Source of the DNA: Neodothiora populina | Taxonomy: Eukaryota | Assembly (NCBI RefSeq): GCF_041146345.1 | Contig: NW_027191402.1 | Coordinates: forward strand, 124,001 to 188,000 | DNA length: 64,000 bases | Reading direction: 5' to 3' | Shown: positions 12,449 to 26,268 of the stretch, in pieces | How positions within the stretch are numbered: the stretch's first letter is position 1 | Layout: each line of letters begins with the position of its first letter | The notes under the pieces: model-generated | The model's input: only the letters and a program-made list of their open reading frames with translations | Told to the model about the DNA's origin: nothing | Databases searched by the model: none | Translations under genes and position numbers: made by a program

Positions 12449-15400
12449 TCATAACGAATTCAAGATGATCTTGACTTCTTTCATGGGCACCGGCTTGGTA
12501 CGAAACTCGTCGATCCCGCTCGAAGCAGCCTCCTTTCGAGAAGCCGCAGAGCCTAATCCAGTGAGCGCAATGATTCGTGTAGCGAGTGCGCCAGGCACCG
12601 CTCTTTGTCGTTCAAGGTCCCGAATGACCCGAGACGCTTCGAAACCATTCATGACAGGCATGGAGATGTCCATAAAGACAAGATCGAAAGATCTGTTCGA
12701 CGTCTTGAATTGTGTCACTGCGTCCTGTCCGTTGACAGCCGTGGCTACTGTGCAGCCTAGCTTCTTCAAATAGCTGCCAAGAATCCTGAGGTTGATAGGA
12801 TTATCGTCCACAAGCAGTAAATGCTTGCTTGATTGAGCGCTACCTGGGCTCGTGCTGTCGTTTTCTAATGGTCGATCGTTCGCATTAATACCAGAGTTCC
12901 CTGTCTGCTGTGGGGCTGCACTCCCTCTTCGAGAAGGAAGTTCATGTCGATCCACAGCTTTCAGTGCTTTGTGAAGAGCCTTGGTGAACGTCCGTGGACC
13001 GATCGGATAGACCAACTCCGTAAGTCCATGCTCCTCTCTTTCACTGTCTGGCACTTCTGGCTGAAGCGCGATTATCTTATGGAGATTAAGTCCTGCTGTA
13101 TGGTCTTGTTGTTGTATCAGCAACTTGTCCACTGTTGCACCGTCGGTAAAGTAAAAGTCGGCATCGCATTGATCGATGCAGCGACTTGAGCAGACCTTCA
13201 TACCCAGATATTCTGTTGCAAGTCTAACGACTTGAGTCAAGATAGCAGGCGATGTCTTCTCGTTCGAAAATCCAGCTTCATCCGGCTGACGACCGTCAAG
13301 ACTGGAAGTAGGAGCTGCGGTCGGTACTATGCAAAGAGTCTTGCCTTGGAGACGCTCGTCTGGATCCAGCACCGAGGCCATTTTCGAGACCTTGGTCGTG
13401 TCTTCGCCGGCTGTTGGAGAAGCAGGAACAGGTATGACCACTTCGATGCGTGTGCCAACCGCTACCTTGCTTCTCACTTCGATCGTGCCGCCTAAGCTGC
13501 TTACTATTTGCTTTACAATGTTCAACCCGAGACCTGTTCCGGACACCAGAGCGTCTTCTTGTGTGAACGGCTTGAAGAGCTGATGCTTCAGGTAACCCGG
13601 ACCGATGCCGACGCCAGTGTCGCTGAATGTAAGATGCGCATTCAGCTGACCTTCAGTCTCCGCAGAACTGCCAGGTAACATCTGAAGTGATACTTCAATA
13701 TGGCCTGAGTGAGTGTACTTCAGCGCGTTGGCGAAGAGGTTCATGATGACTCTCTTCCATGCTCCAATACGAAGTGGCATACGCCAGTCAGCTCGATTCT
13801 CGACGTTTACAAGGACCGCCACGTGGCCATCGGATGAGTTTCGGGGCTGCGAAGAGTTATATTCCCTGCTGTAGGCTCGAGAAAGAAGTGGACGCTCAAC
13901 CCGTGGGTTGCTGTTGTTTCGCTTGGCCAAGCTGCGAGACACGAGATCCTTGGACGTTTGGCCAAAGTAAACACCTTCGACAACACTTTCGAGTATCTCA
14001 CTTAGGTCTTCTTCAGACTCTTGGCCGTAGATGTCCTCCTTTGGAAGCTGCGATGGATTTTGAACATGTCCCTTAGAGTTGTCGAATTTGTTGATCCTAC
14101 TATGGTCAAGAAGGTGATTTAGTGTCTCCAAGAGTGTGGTTCCACAGCTTTCGATCATTCGTATGAGCTCGATCTGAGAATCGTCAACAATCGAATCAGC
14201 TAGCATCTCAGCACTGGCGAGCACGCCGTGTAGAGGTGATCGAAGTTCGTGCGAGATCGAGCTAATGAAGTCTGACTTAGCCCGTGCAACGTCCAGTGCT
14301 TCGATGCGAGCGAGCTCTGTCATAACAGCATTTCCGAAAGCCGACAAACATGTAAAATCTTCCTTTTGGAATACTCGAGTAGAGTCCAGCGACCAGCCAA
14401 GAAGACCAGCAAAGAATTGCTCCTTAGAGAAATTCCACATCGGCAAGAATATGACAGATCGAGCAGCCCTGAAGAACTCCTGCAATTCGTGAGGGAGGTC
14501 TCTTATGTTTCTCGGCTGTCCATCGTGCTCTGAGGGATCCAGAGGATTAATGACAGACTCGTTGCAGGATAGAGACAGGACGCCATATTCGTCAGAGGAG
14601 AAGATATGACCGTTGGGATAAACCCTCGTTAAGTATCTTAGCGATTCTTCGTGCAGGTTCATTGGCAGCCGGGACGATGAACATGCTTCCGTTGTTCCAC
14701 CTGTCGCTATAGAACTTCCAAGAGATTGGCACAGAGGCGAGTCAGCAGTACTCAGCGGTATATCGTTAGACCCGTCCAGATGCTTGTCGGAGAAGGTGTC
14801 ATCGCCGAACTTTGGCGAAACTGGAGAAGCTTCGTCAAACGACCTTCGGCTCATACTTTGACGGACAGCCTCGCTCGACTCCTGATAGGGGGCGTCCAAG
14901 AATGCCACACCGTCCATATCCATTGCTTCGCGGATAAGTTTAGCAGCTCTAGAGAATGCAGAGCTATACAATGAAGGCATAGTCTGCTCCTCAGGCTCAT
15001 TTGGGGTTGCTTCAACAAATGCAGCCTCAAAGGTCTGGTCATCATCCGGGTTGGTGATGGGTGTATGATGCTCCTCAGGTCTCGAATCGGTACTCGCAGA
15101 CCTCCCAGAGTTTGACTGGCTCAGTGACGAGACAGGGCTGTTGAGATTTCTGTAAGGCGGCAAAGCCGACATATCCCGGTCGCACCTTGGTTCCATGTCC
15201 GGTATAGGCTCCTCGTGCGCGTCTGAATCATCCGAAGGCGTCCTGCCTTCTGCGAACAAAGACAAGCCTTCCAATAGCCGAGCGCTGCGCTCTTGATCGT
15301 ACCGGACAGTGAGCAACTCGAGATAGTCGACGATCGACGAGGCAATCTCGCCCAGAACGAATATGGTGTCATCAGAGAAGAAATCATCACGGAGGTCGGT

Positions 15401-16108
15401 ATCTACAACGCAGTAGCTGCCGATGAGACTGCCGCTGGAGGTTCTCATTGGCACTTCGGCGTAGGAACGCATGCGAGGGAATCCGGTAACATAAGGCTTG
15501 TCTTTGTACTCATCCAGGTCTCGAAAGTCCCGAATGACATATCTGGTAGCATTTGCGACTATCTGTGATGTATTGATATCTGAGGCTCCTGTAGGATCAG
15601 TGAAAACTTGAACAGTGTTCGGGCATACGCCATAACTCTTGTGGAGAGCCTGGACACCAAGGAACAATCGATCCTGGGGTGTCGCGTATCGGTCAGACTG
15701 GCTAAGAGAGATAGTCCGCGTCGCCTCAGCAATGATATACTGTGTGGACGTATCAAGCAGTGAGACAAAGGAACGATCACAATTCAAACGTAGAGGTCCT
15801 ATTTGAGTAAGACCAGTGAGATGTGTTGCGCTCGATAGAGTCGCGGGGCCTGGCTCATCACACTCGGCTGCCTTCTTGAATGCTGTGATTCTTGCTGGCG
15901 TGAAGAATCTGATGCTGTTGTCAGCCTTGTGGGACACGGCGTATGAAGAAAGATGCGTCTGAGTGGCGGCAGCCTATTTTGCTATTTACCTCGCTAGTGT
16001 CTGCGCTCGTAGACGTTCCCCCAGGTTGGGTTCATTTGGATTTGAGAGTATAGCGGCACTGGATGCACGTCGGCGGCGCAATATATCTGTCTGGACGCAC
16101 GAGTCCAT
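12449..16108 (-). CDS. Hybrid sensor histidine kinase / response regulator (GAF-like, HisKA, HATPase, REC)
   Basis: H-box SHELRSPLHG, N-box NLFANALKYT, G-boxes DTGVGI/GTGLGL, receiver LLVDDNPINL...FMDISMP...KP. Inferred exon 1 16108-15990 with intron 15989-15909 (GTAAAT..GCTGAC..CAG). Confidence 0.92.
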
Positions 16109-18053
16109 CATCCTAGGCACATTGGTGTTGTGAAATACAGTCGAGAAGGCAGGACAACATCCAAAAGCTTTGCACGCAACAAGGCATTGTAACCCACATG
16201 ATTGACTACAATGGAAGCACAGGCGCGAGAATCTACGAGCCGCCTGATCGCATCGCTGGTCGGTAGGATTCCATCACGATTGCGGGATGCCAGATCACCG
16301 ATCTTCTCGACGTTGTGAAGTTGCATCTCGATGAACGAGTGCTTGGCCAGCTAGTCGCGAAAGCAAAAGACCTAAGCGCGAAACCCTAAGGAAAGGTAAC
16401 AATAGCAATCTCGCTGTGACTTGTGCTTTTTCCCTATAACAGTGTGATCGATTTGGAGGATCAACACCACGCCGCATCGTGTTCCTGACGGAAAGTGCGA
16501 TGCAATGCTGAGGACTTATTATCGAAGTACAGTCTAGTGTTCACTGTCAAGAAATGGCTGTTCTTGCGATGGCTTGACTGGGGCTCACGGTTGAGGCGAA
16601 ACTTAACGCCGAACATCAAGTACCGCAGCCAAGTGCACGCTTACACGTTTCCCCGCCTTCGGTACGAGTAGAAAAATGGGTAAGCCCTTAGCTCACCTAT
16701 AAGCCAGTACGGAGTTACACTAACAGTTTGCGATGGACTTCCCGCCGACCTGGTCGCTGTGGGGTGGACTTTCAGACGGGCAATCGAGATCGCTGCATTG
16801 CAGAATGAATCGCTGTGGTTGTTGCTAGAGGAAGCGGTCAAGGGTGAAACCCGGTGAGGCATCCTTCCACGGTTTGTTTTGCTGTCGGGAAGTTTGCGCC
16901 CCCTGTGTCATGACTCTCTTGCGCGGAACATCGCGGCCTGCAGAGTAAGGTATTCAAAGGTGCGAACAACGAAAGATGAATGACGGTCGGCGTGGCGTGC
17001 CGTTCAGGAGAGCGCTTTCGTAAAAGCCAGCCACAAGCGAACCCTGAGCACCGTGGCAGTGGACACGAACGGAAGCTTACGCGCCGCAAGATCCCCAAAG
17101 AGCCGCATGTCGAAAAGCAAAAATCTGTAGGACGATCTTCCGATCATATCCCGGATATATCCCCCGTTCCCGAGTAGGAGTGTCGCAACGGTACAAGCAC
17201 GGGCACTAGATTACCTTGCTAACAGCAATTCTTGTCCTGTGGTAGAGACATTCCCCAGAAGAACGCTAAGACCGGGTGAGGTGCGAAGACCAGAGGCCCC
17301 TGCAGAAAGGCACCAGTGTAGCACAAGTTCAAAGTTCAAAGTTCAAGTTGGCACAGTAATGTCGTGTATTCGGAGAGGAGAGGCGTGGACAACAACTTGA
17401 TTCACAGTACAAAGGTAGCATGTCAAGTCATCCGCACAAGACCCTTGGACGGGATATCAACCTTCTACTGTACCTTGTCGGCTTTGGAGTTTCACATCAT
17501 GGTATATTTCCCGCCTCAACCTCACTTGCAGAGTATGCTGAGATGCAATGCCGCGGCCCCTGTCAACGGCATCGCCGGCCATCTCACTTGGAGGTAGACA
17601 GAGCAGATACCTACTAGGTACTCGCGACCTGGTTTTCTCCGTCCAGCGCCGAGTGACGACCGCGGCCCTTGAGCGTCACGTGGCGTTGCACATGCGTGCT
17701 ATTGGCCATGACTGGTCTGATGCGCGGTGCGAACACCAGTGTCTGCATCGCGGCTTGTGTTCTCTTGATAGCTACCGTAGCAGTCGTAGCATACTCTGAC
17801 CCGAAACAAAGCATAAGACAAAAAGTGCTTCAAGGTCTTGTCAAATTCCACGGATCTTCATCCTCGAGGCTTGACCATGGTCCTTCGATGCAAGTGAAGC
17901 AATAATTCATTTTGCTAGCTGCACAACCTATCGGTATCTTGTATGTTGGTACACATATCATCCGGCGGGCTCTCCCGATGTGAACGCCTGTTGAACGCCT
18001 TGCCATGCTCATATCTTTTTCCGTTTCCTTGTTTTCCCAGCCGCAGCGATGTT

Positions 18054-18861
18054 CTAGATGGCCCATCTGTATGATGCATAACGACCAGCAGTCTCGGACT
18101 TTCTGATGATCTTGACCACCTGGCCTCTCCTCAAGCCCAGATACTTGGCGACGGGATCCTCGACACGAATACGTGGCAGTTGGGTTTCCTTGAGGCGGTA
18201 TCTCTCGAGGAGCGCCCTCTTCTCCTCGGGGCTCAAGAGAATGTGCTTCGGTACCAGCTCGTGCTTGGTGATGTTGACAAGCAGGTCCTGTTCGCTGAAG
18301 ACCTCGATGGTGATGGGCAGATTGGCGGCCTGCTTGATGGCAGATGCAGTGACGGTATCGCCTGCGATGAAGACTCCAGAGTAGTAGTTCCTGTCGTGAA
18401 GAAACTGGGCAAAGGTTCGCAGGTGCTTGATGCCGATATGGGGTTCCGTGGTGAATTCAAAGTAGATTGTGCCGATCGTAGGCTCTTGCGGTTCCGGGCG
18501 AGCCTTGGTTGGGAGAGGAGTGTATTTTGCGAGCATTTGAGAGGTAGGAATGGCCGAGAAGGACATCTTCGCTTTGCTGTAGTGAAGTGTTAGATGCATG
18601 CCAGCGCAATCAGATGGGGTTCTTCGATCGAGCGTACTTGGCGGCACCGGTTGCATCGCAACACTGATCGCGGAACTGATCCAGGGAGATGTCTAACTCA
18701 TCCTCGTCGACAGTGTAGCCCTGTCGGATTGTCATCAGTACTGGCGCGCGTGGTGCAAAAATTATTCAGTGGGCGCGCACTCTGTCGTAGGCCATTTGCT
18801 TGGTGGTTTTGTAGACACGCCACAAGCGAGAAGTCTCGCGCCTGTTCTCGTCGTCGGCCAT
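18054..18861 (-). CDS. RPB5: RNA polymerases I/II/III shared subunit RPABC1
   Basis: Exons 18861-18781 (MADDENRRETSRLWRV), 18720-18638, 18576-18054. C-terminus NITKHELVPKH...LPRIRVEDPVAKYLGLRRGQVVKIIRKSETAGRYASYR. Confidence 0.97.
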
Positions 18862-19976
18862 TATGATGGAATCAGTTGTGCTGTCTGCGGTGTTGTGATA
18901 TCGCAAAGTCGTCGCAGAATGAATCGCAAAGTCTTGGGACATGAAGGCTGCCTCTGCCTGCACCTGCCAAAATCCATACACAGTCGCCAAGACCGAGACT
19001 CGCTGCGGAGCTGTGAGAGTGTCATGCCAAGACTTGACTTCTATATCACGTTGACCACCCCTTGACTTGGATGATTTTCTGAGATCTGATCATCATAGAG
19101 AAGATGACAGTACCCTGCGCTTACCTTGTAATGTGACACCTGCTGTCGACTAGCTCCCCACGTCAGATGCGATTATTTCACCGTGATAGAAGGACTATGG
19201 CCCCTTCACATAGGATGGGGGAGCATAGGAGAATGGGAGAATGCAGAAGACGACGACTTGCATGCATAGGGATCTCCTGGCTAGACCATCTGGCTATTCA
19301 TCTGGCCATTGCGGACAGCAGATATACGCCAGCAAGTCTTAAGAAGCTTCGGTGCCAGCGACTTTCCTGATAAGGAAGGGTAATATAATCAAAACAGATT
19401 TCTGTGGTCTCGATTTCTTGTTCTTAGGACGCTCAAGATAGGGTAACAATGATACAACTGCACTCCGCAACCCTCCAGCCCATTCCCTCCGATTAGATAC
19501 TGAAGATCAACCGATGCTTGCCTCGTCGGTAGCTTGCTGATGACCCGATGGAAGCAAACGGCCATGCCGGCCGCATTAGCATGAATTTGAACGGGAAATC
19601 TAGTTCGTGGCCAGGGTTGCCCCTATTCTGTGATCACACGAGGAAGTAGGGTATATCGTACCACAGCATTTGAACAAGACAATTTTGTATCGATTTCTGA
19701 TCACTACATCATTGAAACATGCTCTTTGTCTCTTTGCGATAGGTGACACCTGAAACGACCAGGGCCAGAATCGCCGAAAACGTAGAACAAAACCATTCGA
19801 GTTCTTGGCGTTTGACGTCGGGTGTTTTCGCGCTGGTAGGTAGTTGGTATACAACAATCACAGTAGATTTCCCCCCGTTTGTTGACATTCACTTTTTATC
19901 TTCCTCATCAACTCATCGCAATGCGGCGCAGTTGACACACCATCACGAATATCAAAGATTGAGAGAATGAGGGATC

Positions 19977-22248
19977 ATGTCCAAATTTCAGCCCACTTAT
20001 GACTTCCTCGCCGGTGACTCGCCGCCGCCGCGACAACAACCTCTGCGAGAAACATTCCGGCAATCAATTGCTACCACCGTCAGGCCAGGTTTGTTCTTGA
20101 TGAGCCGAAGACGAATTACATGTGTTGACGGCAAGGGGCAGATATCGCCAATGAGTCACTGCGCGCGCAATTGAACACTTTACAATATGAACTCGATTCG
20201 CTCAAGCAAGAGAAAGAGCTTGCGACACTTGAGCACCAGAGCGAGATTCGCGAAATAGAATACAGGGCAGAGGCAGACTTTAAGCGCGCCCAGGTCAGTC
20301 GATGATGGATCAGCAGAAACATGACATCAGCAGCTGATTCGTAAATTACTAGGCTGCAGAAAGCAGCGCGAATGCCGCAACAAAGAAGGCGGAAGCTCTC
20401 GTTCGCGAGTTGCAGGAAGCCGAAAGCCGCGCGACAAACGAGAAGATCGGACTTGAGCGAAGAATTCGGACTCTTCAAGAGGACACTCAGAACCTGAGGG
20501 AGGAGCTGGAGGATGTCGAGACTCAGCTTTCCTCAGCCGAGCGACAGCATAAACATGGCTTTTCTGATCTGGAGGCTCGCCATACCGCGCTGCAGGCGTC
20601 TTTTGAGGAGGCCCAGAGAGATCTGGATTCAAAAGTGAATGCATTGCAATCGACACAACAGAGATTGTCTCAGCGCGAAGTTGAGGTCGGCACGTTGGAA
20701 AATGAGATTTTGCGATTGAAGGCACAGACTGGAGACGCAGATACCCTTTCCGTCATCAAGCGCGAACTCTCCGATCAAGTCGCCCATATCCGGAACCTGG
20801 AGTCAACAAATCAAAAACAACTATCCGAGCTCAAGCAGCTTCGAAAAACTCACAAAAGTGTCGAAATAGTCGAGGAAGAAAAGCGAGTTCTCGAGAGCAA
20901 AGTGCGCATCATGGCAGACCTGCGCAAGGAGCTGGCAGAGGCGCAGCTACAGCAGCAGATCCTGGAGGACGAAAAGCGTAGCTGGACGAGTTACCTGGAA
21001 AGCCAAGCTGCAGGAAACGAAGACATGAAGTACGACTCTCCACAGGATCTGGCAAAGGCATTTGTCGCCGAGCGATTCGAGAGATTGAGTCTGATGGAGA
21101 GGCTGGGCGCAATTGAGCCTGAGCTTGCGGTCAAAGACGACAGCATCAGGACGCTCGAAGACGATAAGGCTCAACTCAACGCAGAATTGATCAAGCTCAA
21201 GACAACGAGCAATAGCAGCAGCAGTACGGCGGCCCCTACCGACAACAAGGCTTTGGCAAGGCTACAACGTCAAAAGAACCTAGCCGTGAAAGAAGTCGAG
21301 TACTTGCGCGCTCAAATGAAGGCTCTGGAGGACGAACAGATCGAATTCGATCCAGAGACTGTCGACGAAGAAGCAAAGAAACGTGCACAGGAACTGGAGA
21401 GCATTATTGATCAATATCGCGCCGAGGTGGAAACTCTGCAGGCCGACCTCACGAAGCTTGAAGCCAATCCTCCGACAGCCACTCCTCCGACAGCCACTCC
21501 AGCTGCAGCTCCCACACTAAAGCGAGCTCACGAAGAGGATTCAGACGAGAGACTGGGAGAGCTCCGTCGCAAGATGCGCAGCCTCAACAACGACCTCAGT
21601 CAGCTGCAGACACGCAACGCGACTCTAGAAGCCGAGCTGCAAGCCAACGTGAGCCAACTAAAAGCACTCCGCGAATCCTCAAAGACGCGCGTGCTCGAAT
21701 TCAGAGACAACCCAACCGCGCAGACGGAACGGATCAAAATGAAGACGCTCTCCATCCTGAAAGAAGAAAACAAAGCCCTTCTAGACCAACTCGAAGGCCG
21801 CCCAAACGGCACCAAAGTCGTGCCCATCAGCACCCTCGACAACGTGCGCGAGCAAATGGCCGAGCTGGAAGCGACCATCGCGCAACGCGACAAGAAGCAG
21901 AAACGGCTCAAGGACATCTGGACGGCCAAGTTCCTCGAGTTCGCCGAAGCAGTGGCCTCGGTCCTCGGCTGGAGAGTCGTGTTTCAACCCAACGGCCGCT
22001 TCAAGGTCACTTCGGTCCTGTATCCCACGCATCTCAGCGACGACGGCGAGGAGGAGGAGAACAGTATCCTGTTCGATGGCGAAAAGGGCACGATGAAAGT
22101 CAGCGGTGGAGAGAAGAGCGTGTTCGCGAATGAGATACGTCCGCTGATCGAGTTCTGGGTCGACGGGCGCAAGGAGATTCCTTGTTTCCTTGCCGCTTGC
22201 ACGCTGGAGTTTTACGACCGCACTACTAGGGCTGCGGATGCCACGTGA
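19977..22248 (+). CDS. MAD1: Spindle assembly checkpoint component Mad1
   Basis: Exons 19977-20088, 20142-20293, 20353-22248. Long coiled coil, Mad2-binding-like RVLEFRDNP, RLK motif, and C-terminal FWVDGRKEIPCFLAACTLEFYD. Confidence 0.92.
21468..21500 (+). repeat. 15-bp in-frame tandem duplication in MAD1 (PPTATPPTATP)
   Basis: tcctccgacagccac occurs twice in tandem, followed by tcc. Confidence 0.9.
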
Positions 22249-22692
22249 GCAGGGGACTGAGCTGTATTTTGTCGTGTAGTCCCCCCTTTTCCACACTCTT
22301 CAATGGACTCAGGGGGGTTGTGTCTTAGATATGCTCTGTGATAGTCGCTCACCTCACACCAGCTCTGAATCCGCGACTCTACCAACGCATCTCAAGAATA
22401 GTTATATCTAAGCTGTATACATCTGCTCGAGTTGTTCCTGCTAGGACCAAAGATCTCTCTGTATCGAAAATGTTTCGAATGCGTACTCGTTAAGACGCAG
22501 CAGCCCGCTAAAGAGTGCACTACTGTGCAATACGAAGCCGTGCAACATTATTGCCACGAAACTTGCATTTCATGGTCCGAGAACGCTCTCACTTAAGACT
22601 AGGACATGGTTGAAATGTGACTGGTAATTTGTTTTCATTCATCTGTACTACAACTTGCTATGATATCTGTTCTTGCTTGCTTCATGTTTTAC

Positions 22693-23793
22693 TTACCAAG
22701 GAATAGTCATGATGATCTTGCCCTTGGTCTTATTACTCTCCATGAGCTGATGGGCCTCGACAATCTCCTCCCAATCCATGACCTTCTCAATGTAAATCTT
22801 GAAGCTTCCATCCTTGAACTTCGGCAGCGCGTGCTCGACGAGCTGGTCACGCAATTTCCCCTGGTAGGTCTCGTCGCGGGCGCGCAGGGTGCTGCCCTCG
22901 AATCTGATGCGCTTGCGGATGAACAAGCTGAGATCCGTGTCTTCGGAGGGCTTGATGCCCGCCAGAGGCGCCAAGTTGACAATGTGTCCGTCCATGGCTG
23001 CGGCCTTAAGGTTTTTCCCGAAATAGCCTCCGGCCATGAAGTCGATGATGACGTTTGCGCCTTTGCCGCCCGCCGCTGTCTGCAGGTCTTCGCTCCAGTC
23101 CTTTGAGGTTTCGGTGTTGAAGGCCGCTGTGGCGCCGAGTTCTTCGACGCAGAATTTGTTTTTCTCGTCGGAGCGTGTGGTCGCGTATACGGCGGATGCG
23201 CCGTTGCCTTTGCTGAGTTGGATGCCGGCGATTGATACCGCTGAGGCTCCCGCGTGCCAGAGAATCGATTGGCCGGGCTTGAACTCGCCCACGAGGTACA
23301 TTGCTTGCAAGGCGGTGATCCAGACTTCGGGGATGCCGGCGCATTGCTCCCAGCTGAGCTCGTCGGGCTTGTGGATCAGCATGTGCGTGCTGACGGCGAT
23401 GTATTCGGCGTATGCGCCTCCGTAGGCGAGTCCGAAGACGGCATCGCCCTTTTTGAAGCCCGCCTCGCTTTCGCTGGCGAGTTCTTCAATCACGCCTGAA
23501 AATTCTACGCCGAGGGTTGAGGGGGCCTGAGGAGGAACGGGGTAGTTGCCTTCTCTTTGCATGAGATCCATGCGGTTCAGACCGAATGCTTTGACCCGCA
23601 CGAGAGCTTGAGTGCTCGTGGGCTTGGGTCGCTCGATGTCATGGATAAAGAGAGAAGTTGCAGGGCCTTTGCCACCCTTGATGTCTGCATGTTGAAGTGA
23701 GCAATTGTGTTCTTGATTCTACTTTGTAGGGTTAAATCTCCAGGCATCGATAAGAGGTATAGTATGCTTACCGACAGCGCGCATGGTCGCCAT
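22693..23793 (-). CDS. NADPH:quinone oxidoreductase, PIG3-like medium-chain dehydrogenase/reductase
   Basis: Exon 1 MATMRAV (23793-23772), intron 23771-23685. Motifs VKAFGLNRMDLMQREGNY, LGVEFSG, GGAYAEY, WHAGASAVS, GSTLRAR and AHQLMESNKTKGKII. Confidence 0.92.
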
Positions 23794-24200
23794 TATCTCC
23801 TGCACGATTATACTTCTGTTATAGCTGCTCTCCGTAGGAAATTGACTAATCCTTTGCAGATATAGTTGTCGAGGGCAATATGAATCGTCTCAAATAAAGA
23901 AGAAGTCAGAACTCAAAAAATACTATACCGTCCCTTCGTTTGTAAGCAAGCGGTGTCGGGAATAAGATAAATAGACGACCAAGAGGTGTTCAGGCCGAGG
24001 TTCGCGGGGTTTCGATGACGTTTGGTGGGGCGGACTACAGCGGATCGGTCGACTTGATAATCCCGGTCTCTTTTTGATATGTTTTTATGCATGAATCTTG
24101 CATGATCCAACCACATCCAGCCTCCCAGTATCCCAGTATGCAGCATATCATCACTGACTGCGAAGTTGCTATTACATACTGTGATACAGCTTCCAGAAGA

Positions 24201-24671
24201 CTAGAACCTGATTAGATCATTGAGGTAGGCGAACAGCTGCGACTCGTACACGTCGCGCAGGTTCTCTTCGGATTGCATGCGACAGATATCTCGCAGATTG
24301 CTCTCGGTCGGCGATGTGCATCTTCGGAGTGAAGGCTTCTTTTCTCGTTGGAGAATGCGCACTCTGACGCTCATGGACTTGCTCGAGTCATCGGTCATCG
24401 TCGGGCTTGTAGACGTTGTTGTAGACACGGTGGAGCCGCTGTCTGACGAGAATGAAACCCGGGCACGGTGATCATGAGGACGACGTCCATCTATGAATTG
24501 ATTTTCTTTGTTTGTGGAATCATCATGCCATTGCTCTTCGCAGTCGTAATACAGCATCAAATCCATGGACGATCTACTCGAGTCTATAGAGCTGCGCTGG
24601 TTCTGTACATTCGTAGTGACCCTGAGTAGCCGTCTCGGCGACTTTCTCGTCAATGGTGGTGGGCTATCCAT
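24201..24671 (-). CDS. Hypothetical small Ser/Thr-rich protein (156 aa)
   Basis: ATG-initiated ORF with a plausible start context (GTCGCCATGG), low-complexity S/T tract and helical C-terminus (QSEENLRDVYESQLFAYL). No family recognised. Confidence 0.6.
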   Translation of the reverse strand: MDSPPPLTRKSPRRLLRVTTNVQNQRSSIDSSRSSMDLMLYYDCEEQWHDDSTNKENQFIDGRRPHDHRARVSFSSDSGSTVSTTTSTSPTMTDDSSKSMSVRVRILQREKKPSLRRCTSPTESNLRDICRMQSEENLRDVYESQLFAYLNDLIRF

Positions 24672-26268
24672 GGCGACCGTTGTAGTATTCGTTCAAAACA
24701 AGTGCTCCGTATACGAATAGAGAAAGGATGCGAATGTGGGAGTGTGGGAAAAGGTACTTTTGGCACTGGGACCAGCCACAGCTTTGAGTTCCAGCCAATT
24801 TATTTACCATAAATCAAGGATATCCAATCCATCTCGTGAGATGCTGTCATCGCCAAAGCGTGAAGCCAGGATCTCATAGCGGGGGTAAGGCAGAAACCTG
24901 AAATGCATGAATGCGTGCAAGCGCGGCATTCTCTCGATCGATATACTGTAATCAACCTCAAGGTTGTTGAAGAGGGATATGAAACATTGCTACATTGTTT
25001 CAGGGATCCAGTCCTCGTGCCTATGACAATGTAGTCGTGCGGCTGATCCAGTAGCATTAGTGTATACACCTATGGACGCATTAGAAGGGACTCCGTATGA
25101 CCTGCATGGACGTTTCGGCACCCCAATAGCCTCTCCGAATCTTTTTCAGCTGCGATGACATGCATCCACCCAAATAATTAATCAGAGTGAGATTCCCTAT
25201 CTTGGGATGCTAAGGTGACGGTCTAGCAATGGTTTAGTGGAGCGTGGCGTGGGTGATGTGCGTCGAGATGTGGAGGCCTAGTCGATCATACTGTAATACC
25301 TTGTGTAGATTATATTCTTGCTGCACATATTTCCCTGCTAACAATATGCAGCTACTTCACATGCTGTGTGCCACTGTCGTATCAGTACGATTGTACTAAC
25401 ATCAAGCCTCAAAGGTAAGACCGTGCCCAGGAGGACTCGTGTGGTTCGCATCCGAAGTGACCGATACCATTTTTCGTCAGGTATCCTCCTCATACTCGTA
25501 CTCGACAAGGATACAGCTACAGTACAGGACAGTACGTGAGGTTCGTCCGCCGCACTGAGGCTGCCTGAGCGTTCCCTCTTACCTCATCTCGCAAACAGCA
25601 ATGCGAAAGTAGCAGTATCGCCACAAGCTACAGCAGATGTGTCACTTGCCATTGTCGACTCAAGAAAACATGCTGCGAACAGAACAGCCGTTTGCAGCCG
25701 CGCTTACTCGATGGCATAAGCGCAGTGACAACCATCAAATGGACTCACCTCCAGAACATACTCATGACTGGGTAAAGTGGCCAGATCGCAAGATATTGGT
25801 GGCGGGCAGCAGGGATGATCGCGTGGGGGGAGGATAAGCGCACAGCGCTTGGCGCATATCGATGTGTGGGTGTTTGCATGTCATCTGTATATGGTGCTGC
25901 TCATGTCGCGCACCCGATGGTGACCTCTAGATGGACGATTGAGGAAAATGAGGCAAGGCTGGAGTGAATGGAGAAGCGGTGAGTGATGAGGTGATTCCAT
26001 TCGTGGCATGGTCTACAAGCCTGGCGGAGATGTGATGTTGACTCTAATGAGAAATGCCAAGTTAGCGCACCTGCCTTGACCGTTGCAAGTGTTGGAAGTA
26101 GGCCAGCCACACGTGAGGTGAGAGAAAAGAAAAAGTACTGGTGTATAAAACATGATGTATTTGTTACAAGAGCAAGATGACCATTCACTAAGCTTTTCCT
26201 CGCTCTATCCGTACGCCTGTCCAATGCTAAAAACATATCTCCTAGATTAATCGTCCCTCCACGAGCAT

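Noticed and set aside
17420..17905. Short hydrophobic ORFs between the histidine kinase and RPB5
   Set aside because: They could not be joined with plausible introns and show no family resemblance.
22691..22696. GTAAGT overlapping the quinone oxidoreductase stop codon, a possible alternative C-terminus
   Set aside because: No clear branch point follows, and the protein already ends after the normal GKII motif.
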